Assembly (NCBI GenBank): GCA_964035545.1 | Contig: OZ037766.1 | Span: 33,160,773 to 33,224,772, forward strand | Direction: 5' to 3' | From: Bugula neritina | Taxonomy: Eukaryota > Animalia > Bryozoa | Length of the DNA stretch: 64,000 nucleotides | Part shown: one piece after another, positions 15,601 to 49,214 of the stretch | How the letters are laid out: the number at the start of each line of letters is the position of its first letter | Numbering within the stretch: position 1 is the first letter of the stretch | Translations under genes and position numbers: made by a program | The notes under the pieces: model-generated | Told to the model about the DNA's origin: nothing | Seen by the model: the letters and a program-made list of their open reading frames with translations, nothing else | Databases searched by the model: none

Positions 15601-16085
15601 GCACACGGAGCACCTGTACTGATTCTAACAGAAGATAGTTGAGTTGAGTGACAGATGAATGACAATGGAAAATAATTATTGTGCTGTGGTGTATCCTGTT
15701 TGGTTAAAACGAATAATTCCCTAATTAATAGTTCAGTATTGAAATGCAAATAAAAATAGAAAGATGTGGAAGTAATCGTTTGGAGCCACTCCTATGTTAA
15801 TTGTGTCTAACTTTGTCTTCTCTGTTAATTGCAAGACTGAACACTAATTTAATGTCTTGCATATTATAATGAACTTCTAAATCTCGCCCTAAACAACTCT
15901 AACCAATTCTACCAACTTAATGAGAACAGAAGAGCCGTTACTGGTATCTCTTCCTCTCCTCTCCTCCACTCCTCTCCCCCTCTCCTCTCCTCTCTCCCTC
16001 TCCGCAAAGTATAGCATGTGCTGATACAGGTGAACATCTATAGGACACTAACTTATAGTATTTATTTAAGGTGTCTCAGAAGAAG

Positions 16086-16516
16086 ATGAAAGGAATCTCT
16101 CTTTTAGCAACAGTTCTAGCCAGTTTCTTTCTCTTAGCCTGTGTTCTTCAGTACACTGACGGCTTCCGTTTCCGAAGTGTAAGTATATCTGTCCTACCTT
16201 GTGTATAACAGATTATGTTGGATAGTTGGTGTTCATGAGGATACAAGGCATATATAATAATGTATATATTACTGTAATATATTGAGTCTATTACTTCTAG
16301 TCACCTGATACAACGTATATTCCACTCAGATGCTCATATATACTTACTTGTTTTGACTAACTTTAGTTCTCACGCTGCTGCAAAGCCTACAAGAAGAGAA
16401 GACTGTGTACAATAAGACGCAAGCCTCGACGTTGTGTCACCCAGCGGATTTGCGCACAGCCATGTTTTAGGACTCCTCAGCCGCGATTGGCCATATTGGA
16501 CAACTTTTCTATGTGA
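16086..16516 (+). CDS. Small secreted cationic cysteine-rich peptide (80 aa), antimicrobial/toxin-like, 2 coding exons
   Basis: Exons 16086-16178 and 16367-16516 with a phase-0 intron GTAAGT...CTAACTTTAG. Protein MKGISLLATVLASFFLLACVLQYTDG-FRFRSFSRCCKAYKKRRLCTIRRKPRRCVTQRICAQPCFRTPQPRLAILDNFSM. Signal-peptide-like N-terminus and 6 Cys. An upstream acceptor (CTAAC...AG at 16069-16070) suggests a 5'UTR intron. Confidence 0.7.
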
Positions 16517-19170
16517 TAGCCAATAGATATGTACTCTATGTTAAGCAGACACTCTTTGCAGCCAATGTTGGACTATGTTTCTATATAAGATGTTTTGTTG
16601 CTGTGTGAACAGGACTGCAGCTAAATAGCTGAAACTTACGCTAATTAAAATGTTTGGATGTAAGGGGGGGGGGGGGGAATTGAAACAATTATTTCACAAA
16701 ACATTATCCAAGAAGAACACCAACTAAACATCAACCATATTGGACATAACTGGTATACTAGATAGAACCTATATGTAGAATAGCTCCCGGAATTTCAGAC
16801 TAGCAGAGCAAAAACTCTCCATATGGAAAAGTTGATCGGTGAATTTAGATTATCAGCTGAATTCTGTTACTTTCTGCCTTAAATATTGGTTATTTGTGAA
16901 GTTTTTGAGAGAGAAAATATATTTCTGTATGCTCTCTCTGTATGTTCTCTCTGTATGCTCTCTCTGTATTTTCTTTCTGTATGCATCTATAAAGCAATCC
17001 GAAACAATCACTTTTGTGTTATGAACAAACATTTGCTATTGTTTTTACTTTCTGTTGAGTGTTGACTATTTGAGTTTAAAAAGCTCTCTCCCTAAGTACA
17101 GTATTACTTGAGTACATTGCTGGGAGTGCACTGACATGTCCACACTATTTATAATTTACTCTAGTTATGATACCTGATTTATTCTAATTAGAATGAGGCA
17201 TTAACATTAACTGTGGCACTTGTAAGAAATCTAATTATGTTACTCTAATTACAAATCGTTTTTATTAGCTTCTAAATTAGCTACTATACAGTTGGGTAAT
17301 GGAAGAATAATGCTGGAGCTACTGTGCACTTCTTAAACTAATAAAAACTACAATAATCTCTTCTGTTCAAAGATTTCATTCATATTATTTATGGCTGGCA
17401 CTCATAAGAAGCAATTTAAGTAATTTATTAGATCTATTATCATAAACCTGCGGTTCCCCTCTTCCTACTCACTTCCTGTCTCTAACTTTAAACTTCCAGT
17501 CTTCTAACAGAAGCTTTCTTATCTCACAAGCTAAAGAAAATGTTCTACCATAGAATGTAAAGTTAGGTTTTCCATACTAAGAGCTAAATCATGAAGAGCC
17601 TGCTGTATTCAGCTCCTCTGTTGTTTACTGGACGCTGTCACTAACACAGCTTCACATGCTGGCACATGCTTCCGGTTGTCAGGTCATCTGACAGTCTCAT
17701 TCAAACTGCTCATGACTCATTCTCACATTGTCACAACATGAACTACACTTTGAATATTATTATCACTTTGACAGAGCAATTAAAACAGGCATATACTTTT
17801 TTACAATTTTAATTTGCTATTGCTGGTCAATTTGTTTCCCCTAGGTGCCACCTATACCTGTCTATAAGATTTGTGTACGACATTGGCTAAAACAAACTAG
17901 TATCTGAGATACACACTTAGATTATACATACCTACTTTCATGTGAACTGAATATAATGAATTATTTTGCATTCTATTGCCTATTACACACTGTGAGAGAT
18001 TTTACATGTTGTATAAGTAAATTGGCAGGAATAAACAGAGTATGTTGCTCTGGTCTCCAACAGAAGTAAAGAATGCTTTGGTTCAGCTATAAAATTTGGA
18101 ATCACTAGAACATATAAACTGACAGCCGAGTTCTAGAATAAATTAATTGTCATGTATATTGATTATGGAAGGTAAATTTGAAGTCATTGTAAAAGCTTTG
18201 CTTTGTTTACATGAATATGGTGTGAAAGTTATTAGAGGTGTCTTGTGATAGTTAAAAGATAAGTACATTAATATAGTCTGTTTACACACAAGGAAAAAAA
18301 TATATGTATCTATCTATACACTGTACTATATAATCTATATACTCTATACACTGTACTATATAATCTACTATATACTCTATACTCTATACTAATGTATACT
18401 CAAATATCAGTCTGTAATGTGTAATGTGAAAGGTGCAACATACTGTAGAATCTATGACTTATCCAGAGTACTATATAATCTACCATTTATAGTCTATATA
18501 CTGTGAGATCTATACTCTGTAATGTATATAATGTAATCTTGCATCTACTCTATAATCTCTACTCTGTTATCTATACTCTATAATCTACATTCTACAAGAT
18601 ATAACTCACTATAATGATTATGAAGCTTAGCTTGGGCTTATTTTCTTTACTGCCAACTCCATCAAAAGACCAACATGTATAAATATATACATCTTCATTC
18701 ATGCATTTCCTATAGTGAAGATTCATAACTATACAACATTTGCCTTTAATAATATTACAAAACCATTTGTCATTCTTTCGGATGATTGAAGTGAAAACAG
18801 CTGAATTACAATGGAGGATGCAAAATAATTTATTGATCACAGTGAAAATTTATTGACTTTTTATTCTTTGTTTTAAGTTGAATCATGAACAATTCAGTTG
18901 CCAAAAAACCTGAACTAAAATTTGGTAACATAAATGCATGACATGGAGCTAATTATTTAAAGATGCAAATGCAGCCATTCAGCTGAATGAATCAGAACTA
19001 GCTTGACCTGGAATCGTTTGATTATTTTTATGCAAATTAATTCATGAAAATGTCACTTGGGCTGTTTTAATCAACCCGACAAAAAACTGGTTATAGACTC
19101 CAAAAGTTAGTCTGAGAACTTGAGCATTAGCCTGGGAACTACGCCATTTGCTAGCCTGTGAACAACGTAT

Positions 19171-19274
<104 letters not shown>

Positions 19275-19685
19275 ATTGCGGTAATGAATAGCAAAGTATT
19301 TAAATTTTAAAAACACTTTTATTGACATAAGTGCAAGTTACAGGTGAAAATTGGAAAGCAATGCTAGATAAATAAATAGAGTAGAACATATTATACAGAG
19401 TAATACTAATAATAGATGTGCTATATATAGCCATGCGGCATCACCACAAACATAACACAATTTGATGAACAAACTAACAAATACTTGGAGAGTTGAAGGT
19501 GAATGACTCATCAAAGTTGAGAGTTTTGTCACGTAGTCAACATGTATAAACTGTACGTCTGAGTACATTGATAATGTATTAGAAGAAGGCGTAATTATTA
19601 ATATGACATTCTACATTGTTACTAGACGTCAATCTGCACCACCCCTCAGCATATATACATAATTTCCACTTGGTGAATTCCTAAG

Positions 19686-20529
19686 CTATGACTCATCATT
19701 GTAGGCATCACCCTTGCGTCCCCTGAAGCGCGTCCGCATGTCCAGAATAGAACGCTTGCATTCAAAGAAGGCGGTTCGGAGTTGGACACACTCCAAGGGC
19801 ACTCGGGCACCGTCACTGCCTTGCAGGCATTGCTTAGGGGTGAACTTGTCCTGCAATAGAAATACTTGACTATAGACTTGGCTATGAACTTGACTATATA
19901 CTTGGTCATGGACACTTGAATATATACTTGATTATGGACTTTACACAAAATGCTATTGACATTTTCCGTATAAATACTCATTTACATAACACTGAATCAT
20001 TATGCAGGTCGAAGTGAAAACGAATTTTCTAAAATAAAACAACAGAATGAGAAGATTGTGTCATTCGGTGACAGCTTAGCAACTTTATCAATTAAGCTAT
20101 AAACTGCATATCTGTGTTAAACAGGATATAAGATATTGAGTACACATAGTGCGAGAGCGAATAAATAAGAGAAGACAACTCTGGATAACTTAGCCAACTA
20201 AACAGATATAGCAACATACTGTACTTATTTCCATTAAATATACTTAAACACTTACCTATCAAGAATACTTACATACTTACCTGTCTCACACACTCACCAA
20301 CTTACAGGTAAGTATATTGACACACTTACCTGTCTCACACACTCACCAACTTACATGTAAGTATACTGACACACTTACCTGTCTCACACACTCACCAACT
20401 TACAGGTAAGTATACTGACACACTTACCTGTCTCACACACTCGCTCTCTAGCAAGCAGTACTTAAGATCGTCTCGTAAGACTTGACACGCAACAGGCACA
20501 TCGCCGAGGATCCATTGTCTGATACCCAT
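19686..20529 (-). CDS. COA5: Cytochrome c oxidase assembly factor 5 (Pet191 family), 88 aa, 2 coding exons
   Basis: Exons 20529-20428 (MGIRQWILGDVPVACQVLRDDLKYCLLESECVRQ) and 19850-19686 (DKFTPKQCLQGSDGARVPLECVQLRTAFFECKRSILDMRTRFRGRKGDAYNDES*). Twin CX9C pattern and the FFECKRS.LD.R.RFRG.KG signature; GT-AG phase 0. Confidence 0.93.
20273..20442 (-). repeat. 49-bp tandem repeat spanning the COA5 exon/donor junction (4 donor copies)
   Basis: Minus-strand unit GAGTGTGTGAGACAG|GTAAGTGTGTCAGTATACTTACCTGTAAGTTGGT. Confidence 0.92.
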
Positions 20530-20620
20530 AGCTGACACCTCTCTGACATATACTGGTTACTCTGTATAGCTGACACCTCTCTGACATATACTGGTTACTC
20601 TGTATAGCTGACACCTCTAC
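20528..20620 (-). repeat. 38-bp tandem repeat abutting the COA5 start codon and probable 5'UTR acceptor
   Basis: Plus-strand ATAGCTGACACCTCTCTGACATATACTGGTTACTCTGT, about 2.4 copies; minus strand ends GGTGTCAG|CTATG. Confidence 0.85.
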
Positions 20621-21539
20621 TCTGTGTATCTACAACAGTTCAAGAAACTCTTCACTGACACACTGGTTCTCATGTATATATCTCAGTTGGCCTGTATTTA
20701 GACTGAAAACAGATTCAGCATTGAACAGGGCAACTCATACACTTGAGAGGTAGGAAAAGTGAGCTGACTGATTGCATTGTGTTATCAACAGAGGAAATAG
20801 TAGGTTACTAGTAGAAAATATAACACAATAAATAATCCAGCTGTGATGTAGTTAGTTTATTATTGCAACTTAATTTTACCTGCAGCCTTGTCAACTACTA
20901 GACTGAAAACTTACAAGTAAATTTCTTTAAACAAGAGCAGGTAACTCTGCAGGATTAAAGTGATTAGAAAATGTGTCTATTGAAAAAACAACTTTACAAA
21001 CTAACAGCAAAAGAGCTGAGAGCAGCTTTTCTTAATGTACTGTAAGTCATATGTGCTGCACACACCTATAAGGGTAGAATCATTCTGTTATTATACAGTA
21101 AATGTTATACTGCATAGAAATCTTACTGCATTACCAGAATAAAGCTTCACACCGAATAGATAAAATCAATTTCAATTAAACCCGTTTTAATGAAAATTAG
21201 CTTTTAGAATAGTTTTAAAATAGCATAGCCTGGGGACCCTACCACCAAGCTATCCAACTGGGCTACACACCTCATTGAAGTTAAACAAACCCACAAACTA
21301 ACAGAGAAGAGTCTAAGAGCATTGTACTAGCTATATATAGCTTTGCTATAATCTTTTTTATTTCAAAGACACTCTGTCCCAGAATAAGTGCTGGGTGTAT
21401 TTCACTGAAGCCTGTTTCTTCACACTTTCTATGTAAATATATTCATGTGTCTGGATACTCTTTAGTTCCACTATTGGTAGTACTACCAGTCTGTTACTAA
21501 CAGTATTATTATCAGTATTAAAGTTTGTCATAAACCTAA

Positions 21540-22700
21540 GACTTAGAGTTACTGTTATCACCATTAGTATTACTAGTAGTATTATATTTTGATTTATTCA
21601 TTACTGTAAATATAGGTACATTACTATAAGTATATGTACTTCTATTACTATTATTGTAATAATAATATTATTTTTTATTAGTAAAGCTCACTAGAAACAT
21701 CATTACCATGATTGCCATTATGATTATTGGTCAGTTAGTCTAACTAACTTAATTTTATGTCCCATAATCTAAATATAACTAATACTTCACTTAAAATTAT
21801 CTCTAACAATTGATTTATAAAAATACAAATATGAATTTTAAGATTATACTCTTATTTATAGCAAGATAAGAATCCAGAGTATCATTATCATAGCATCAAC
21901 ATCAGGTATCAGCATGACTACAAGCATCAGGTATCAGCATGAGCATAAGCAATCAGTCCATCAGTAGGCAATGTGAGTATCAATATCACTCTATTACTAT
22001 CAGCATGGTTATGCCTTAGACTTATGACCTAATCTTATCAGTATGAGTATAAATTACAGTTTGTAGGCAATCGTGCAGCAGTCACAATGACAATGTAATA
22101 GCTAATCTGTTAGTATTATCTAAGACTAAGAGTAACTTACTCAGCAAGTCTAATGTCTAAGAGTAAGTCTAATATAGTAATAAGCAAATGACTATAAGAA
22201 ATCAATAATTGCCAATTTCAATGTAAATCAGAATGACTAGAGCCTCAGTCAATGAACATGGGGCTAGGCAGATACAATGACCATGATCATGATGCCAGAA
22301 ATAACTACGACTAATGTCTAATCTAATCATTATAATGATGAGTGAATGTGATGGCCAATGGAAGGAAATTGAAAATGAATGACAGGAAACTTAAATTTTA
22401 AACACCAACACTGTAACAGCTGCTTCAAGTTCAACTTGCAAAAATTAAAAATAAATTATTATTAAAATTATAAACTTAAATTATAGATATTTATATTAAT
22501 ATAAATTAATTTGAATTTCAATTTGAAAAAAAAATTAAATACATCAAGAAAAATCAGATATAAAATAAATAAGAAATACACTGCAATCGATTGAAACTTT
22601 TAATTCCTGCAACATGAATTGATGAAAATAATCACGAGGGGAATGATTATGATTATGATTAATTACTATCATGATGACGATGATGAGTTTCAACTTGGAG
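21540..22700. other. 6-bp-periodic (NTNANN)n tract on the COA5 side of the divergent promoter
   Basis: 21908 onward atcagc atgact acaagc atcagg ... atcagc atgagc ataagc; 22510 onward ttgaat ttcaat ttgaaa; 22643 onward atgatt atgatt atgatt. Boundaries approximate. Confidence 0.65.
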
Positions 22701-22709
22701 ATGAACGGA

Positions 22710-23095
22710 ATTTACCAAGTCGAAACTTTGAAATAGAAAAACAGTTTAACAGGAATTGCTGTAATGAATTGTATATAGTAGAATGATTGAGCAAAGACGA
22801 TGAAAAATGGGTCGCCAAGCTTTGCAATTTGGGCGTAGCTTCTTCGACTTTGCTCAGTGTTTACTTTAGAATCCAGGATTTGCGTGATAAGGTATTTGCA
22901 TAGAATACAATCGAAGCTAGGGCAAGGTGTTACAAGAGCCCGTCATTTGAAGCCGGCCAGAGGCTCATAAACTACGACCATAGAGTACAGATTACTGGCA
23001 TTTGTAGGTTTCAGTTTGTAATACCAGGAATGTTTGATCCCGTTGATGGACAATCACAAGGATAAAGATGCTGTAATTGAACTTAGCTAATAGTA
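22710..23095. promoter_or_regulatory. Putative bidirectional promoter for COA5 (-) and ABCC1 (+)
   Basis: Island of higher GC/CpG between divergent genes, flanked on both sides by periodic AT-rich tracts. Candidate 5'UTR donors at ~22714 (-) and ~23073/23093 (+). TSSs are inferred only. Confidence 0.5.
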
Positions 23096-23099
23096 ATTA

Positions 23100-24110
23100 C
23101 TCAATTACAGCATGCACATCTCTTAGTCTTACAGCGCATATGTTATTTATTATGAATTCAATTATAATTATAATTTATATGTTATTTTCAATATTTTATT
23201 ATAATTTTTAGTTGAACTAAAAGAGTAAAACTTAATCACTAGAAGTAGAACTAGAAGTACAAGTAGATTAATCATAAACATAATCATAATGTTATTGTTA
23301 ATGCTAATGTTATACTTATACTTATGCTTTTAGTTATACACTTATACTTATAGTTATAGTTAATGTTATGAACTATAGTTTATCACTCATTTATGTATTT
23401 GTTATACTTAAATTGATAATAATCATAATGCTAATAACTAATACTAATAGCAATACTAATAGTATTAGTAATGAGTATTACTATTGCTATTACTATTAGT
23501 ATTACTATTATTATTACTTATTAGTATTACTATTAGTATTAGTATTAGTATTACTACTGAAGTAATATTAATAAAAATACAACCAAGTTTAATGAATAAA
23601 TATATTTATAGTTAATGTTATGCTTACAATATTTTTATTAAATTTGATGAATATAACATTAAATTGAATAAATGAATAATAAATATAATATTAATAATAA
23701 TAATATCATAGTGGTAATATCATAATAATAGTTAGTATCAATATGACTGAGTATCACTATGAGTATGAGTAATGATTTGATGATATGGTAATCACCATAA
23801 CTAATACTATCAGTATCACCATCATTACTGCTACTGATAGTGACAGTGATTACATGTACTCATAGGTAATGATGATGATATTTTTGTGGGATCTCAGTGC
23901 TCAGTAGACTCATGAAGCAATTGTAATCATAATGATGAGTCAAACTCAATGTCATAGTGATAGTTTTAATGTCGAACTCAGACCCAGTCAAAAGATGCAA
24001 TGCCAGAATGAGTATTACATTTACTAGTACTACTAGTACTTTTACCCTGGTAGTGAGTGTTGAACTGATATTGCAGACTAAATTTACTCTTACTAGTTAA
24101 TAATAACTTG
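23100..24110. other. 6-bp-periodic (NTNANN)n tract on the ABCC1 side of the divergent promoter
   Basis: 23291 onward gttatt gttaat gctaat gttata cttata cttatg; 23341 onward cttata cttata gttata gttaat gttatg. Boundaries approximate. Confidence 0.65.
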
Positions 24111-25152
24111 AGTTATGTTTACCTGTCAAAAGGCCACAGCTCCTCTCTCAATACACTATCTCTACTCTTTTGTATTATGTTAATAGTAATTATGTAATGT
24201 CAACTGTTGTTTACAACAGCACTATCTGTAAGAGTTACTGGGTTGCAGACTTACACATATCACTAGTTTTATTGTCAGCCAAAGTTTCTGTATTAGCCAA
24301 AACATGTAGCATGCAACACTTTGTAATTGCATTTAAAGATAATCTTTTCAAGAAATGTGCTTGCTTTGGAGCAAATATGTAGTTTTTAGCTTACTGTACA
24401 AAAAAGATATACAATGCCTGGTAAAGGGTTCAGTAATTCAGATATTTTTAACGAGTGCCAAATGTACCATGTATGAAATGTCATAGGTTTTTTATAATAG
24501 TGTTGAAGTAAAACCCAGCATGAGCAAGCATTGTTTTATCCATTCACATATTATTAAGGCTAATAGTTTTAGTGCCGGTCAACATAAGTTATTTGCTTGT
24601 AAACTATATTTATTGCAAAACTGACATCTTGATATTTCATTGCTTAGTTTCACTGAGTATTTTATACATTAATATTAATAATTTGGTGACATTTTTGCTG
24701 TAATAGAATAATAAATACTACTATTCTGTAGTCATGATATGAATTCCTCATTATTCACCTGCCGCATTACCTACTGTAGGTCTCTGTTTTGAAACTACTA
24801 ATGTAGAATTCAACCTTAAATGGTATAGTTAATAGTTCTATACAATGTAATGAATGTCTACTATCTCACTAGCTACTTACATACTCACAATGAAAGTTGA
24901 AGACTACAGAGTATTAATGCCCTATTAGTATAATATTTGTACTGTACAAGTGTCAACCAAATGCTAAACTTAAGACTGTATTTCCAACCACTCAGTTCTG
25001 AACCCTCTGCTACTTCTAAAGTGATGACCTTTTAGATATGCCAATTTTTGAGTAGCTGAAGCTCCATGCAATATCTCTACTTAATTTAAATATCAACTAA
25101 GGATCTGAAGCTAGCAAGGCTTGGACCTGTATCTACCAGTAAGTAAGTAGCC

Positions 25153-45847
<20,695 letters not shown>

Positions 45848-46392
45848 GTGTCCATAGACTGAGTGACACTACACCACTTTATGCATCAATCTCAATGCAA
45901 ACTTTACCTGCTATACATTACGTTGTGTCACCATGAATATAGCTAGGCGCCGAGTGACCCAGCATTCTATCCACTTTCGTGTCCACTGGTAATCGCAAAC
46001 TTATGTATAGTCAATATATAAAAATAGACTGTTCTGTTTCCTTTGTGTGAGTCCCTTTGTAATACCAAGTCTATCACGCGCCATAGAATTTAGTAACTTT
46101 TATCGATATTTGCTCACTTTGATTTTATTTAAAGTAAATTCTAGTTTTTCGTTGGTGTTTCAATTATTTTCTGACTTGTTTTGTCTTTGATCAAGGAGTC
46201 TAGTGTGTGATCTAAGGAGTTCAAGTGTTATACCAGTTTACTGTATAATTTATAGTATTTTCTGTCTATTTGATGGAGCTTATTTATATAGCTTTACTCT
46301 GGAGAAATTTCATTTGAACAATATTCTAATATTATTATAAGACAACTTATTCTTGTTTGCTCTGTATTTCCCATGTTTCATAATTATGATTT

Positions 46393-46398
46393 AATAAA
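46393..46398 (+). terminator. Candidate poly(A) signal of ABCC1
   Basis: AATAAA about 550 nt after the stop codon. Confidence 0.45.
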
Positions 46399-46501
46399 AT
46401 GATTTCATACCTACACTCAGCAAAATACTATACGTGTGAATTTGTGGACAAAAAAGTAATTAATCTACCATGACTGTCTGGAAATAGCTAATAAATAATA
46501 A

Positions 46502-46843
46502 ATTGCATATATAGAAGGTATGTTGTGTAGAGTGAGATAGAATAGTACAGCTAGTTGTAGTAAGAGAGATTGCATATATAGAAGGTATGTTGTGTAGAGT
46601 GAGATAGAATAGTACAGCTAGTTGTAGTAAGAGAGATTGCATATATAGAAGGTATGTTGTGTAGAGTGAGATAGAATAGTACAGCTAGTTGTAGTAAGAG
46701 AGATTGCATATATAGAAGGTATGTTGTGTAGAGTGAGATAGAATAGTACAGCTAGTTGTAGTAAGAGAGATTGTATATATAGAAGGTATGTTGTGTAGAG
46801 TGAGATAGAATAGTACAGCTAGTTGTAGTAAGAGAGATTGCAT
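46502..46843. repeat. 67-bp minisatellite x5 between convergent genes
   Basis: ATTGCATATATAGAAGGTATGTTGTGTAGAGTGAGATAGAATAGTACAGCTAGTTGTAGTAAGAGAG. Confidence 0.95.
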
Positions 46844-46927
46844 ATGGTGTATATAAATAATAATTGAGTATACATAGATGAGAATGAATAACTTAGTGTT
46901 AGTAATATGGAGTATTGCAGAGATTCT

Positions 46928-47580
46928 GAGAGAGAGAAAGGGGCAGCTCTTACAGAGAGCTGAGAGAGAGAGAGGGGCAGTTCTTACAGAGAGCTGAGAG
47001 AGAGAGAGAGGGGCAGCTCTTACAGAGAGAGAGAGGCAGCTCTTACAGAGAGAGAGAGAGAGGGGCAGCTCTTACAGAGAGCTGAGAGAGAGGGGCGGCT
47101 CTTACAGAGAGCTGAGAGAGAGGGGCGGCTCTTACAGAGAGCTGAGAGAGAGAGAGGGGCAGTTCTTACAGAGAGCTGAGAGAGAGAGAGAGGGGCAGCT
47201 CTTACAGAGAGAGAGAGGCAGCTCTTACAGAGAGAGAGAGGGGCAGCTCTTACAGAGAGCTGAGAGAGAGAGAGAGGGGCAGCTCTTACAGAGAGCTGAG
47301 AGAGAGAGGCAGTTCTTACAGAGAGAGAGAGAGAGAGAGAGGGGCAGCTCTTACAGAGAGAGAGAGAGAGAGGGGCAGCTCTTACAGAGAGCTGAGAGAG
47401 AGAGAGAGGCAGCTCTTACAGAGAGCTGAGAGAGAGAGAGGGGCAGCTCTTACAGAGAGCTGAGAGAGAGGGGCAGTTCTTACAGAGAGCTGAGAGAGAG
47501 AGAGGGGGGCAGCTCTTACAGAGAGCTGTGAGAGAGAGAGGGGCAGCTCTTACAGAGAGAGAGAGAGAGAGGGGCAGCTC

Positions 47581-47622
<42 letters not shown>

Positions 47623-49180
47623 CTCTTACAGAGAGAGAGAGAGAGAGAGAGGGGCAGCTCTTACAGAGAGCTGAGAGAGAGAGAGAGAGGCAGCTCTTAC
47701 AGAGAGCTGAGAGAGAGAGGGGCAGCTCTTACAGAGAGCTGAGAGAGAGAGAGAGAGGGGCAGCTCTTACAGAGAGAGAGGCAGCTCTTACAGAGAGCTG
47801 AGAGAGAGAGGCAGTTCTTACAGAGAGCTGAGAGAGAGGGGCAGCTCTTACAGAGAGCTGAGAGAGAGAGGCAGCTCTTACAGAGAGCTGAGAGAGAGAG
47901 AGAGGCAGCTCTTACAGAGAGCTGAGAGAGAGAGGCAGCTCTTACAGAGAGCTGAGAGAGAGAGAGAGGCAGCTCTTACAGAGAGTTGAGAGAGAGAGGC
48001 AGCTCTTACAGAGAGCTGAGAGAGAGGGGCAGTTCTTACAGAGAGAGAGAGAGGGGGGCAGCTCTTACAGAGAGAGAGAGAGAGAGAGAGAGGGGGGCAG
48101 CTCTTACAGAGAGAGAGAGAGAGGGGCAGCTCTTACAGAGAGCTGAGAGAGAGAGGCAGCTCTTACAGAGAGCTGAGAGAGAGAGAGAGAGGCAGCTCTT
48201 ACAGAGAGCTGAGAGAGAGAGGCAGCTCTTACAGAGAGCTGAGAGAGAGGGGCAGCTCTTACAGAGAGAGAGAGAGAGGGGCAGCTCTTACAGAGAGCTG
48301 AGAGAGAGAGAGGCAGCTCTTACAGAGAGAGAGAGAGGGGCAGCTCTTACAGAGAGCTGAGAGAGAGAGAGGGGCAGCTCTTACAGAGAGCTGAGAGAGA
48401 GAGGCAGCTCTTACAGAGAGCTGAGAGAGAGAGAGAGGGGCAGCTCTTACAGAGAGCTGAGAGAGAGAGAGAGGCAGCTCTTACAGAGAGAGAGAGAGAG
48501 AGAGAGGCAGCTCTTACAGAGAGAGAGAGAGAGAGAGAGGCAGCTCTTACAGAGAGCTGAGAGAGAGAGAGAGGCAGCTCTTACAGAGAGCTGAGAGAGA
48601 GAGAGAGGCAGTTCTTACAGAGAGCTGAGAGAGAGAGAGGCAGTTCTTACAGAGAGCTGAGAGAGAGAGAGAGGGGCAGCTCTTACAGAGAGCTGAGAGA
48701 GAGAGAGGCAGCTCTTACAGAGAGCTGAGAGAGAGAGGCAGCTCTTACAGAGAGCTGAGAGAGAGGGGCAGTTCTTACAGAGAGAGAGAGAGGGGGGCAG
48801 CTCTTACAGAGAGAGAGAGAGAGAGAGAGGGGCAGCTCTTACAGAGAGAGAGAGAGGGGCAGCTCTTACAGAGAGCTGAGAGAGAGAGGCAGCTCTTACA
48901 GAGAGCTGAGAGAGAGAGAGAGGCAGCTCTTACAGAGAGCTGAGAGAGAGAGGCAGCTCTTACAGAGAGCTGAGAGAGAGGGGCAGCTCTTACAGAGAGA
49001 GAGAGAGAGAGGGGCAGCTCTTACAGAGAGCTGAGAGAGAGAGAGGGGCAGCTCTTACAGAGAGCTGAGAGAGAGAGGCAGCTCTTACAGAGAGCTGAGA
49101 GAGAGGGGCAGTTCTTACAGAGAGAGAGAGAGGGGGGCAGCTCTTACAGAGAGAGAGAGAGAGAGAGAGAGAGGCAGCTC

Positions 49181-49214
<34 letters not shown>

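Noticed and set aside
17591-17644. Possible second secreted-peptide gene (MKSLLYSAPLLFTGRCH*)
   Set aside because: Stops after 17 codons; no convincing splice rescue or similarity to the 16 kb peptide
19646-19981. 111-aa minus-strand ORF in the track
   Set aside because: Wrong-frame overlap of COA5 exon 2
20273-20415. U1 snRNA gene (ATACTTACCTG)
   Set aside because: Only the 11-nt 5' motif is present; no U1 stem-loops or Sm site follow
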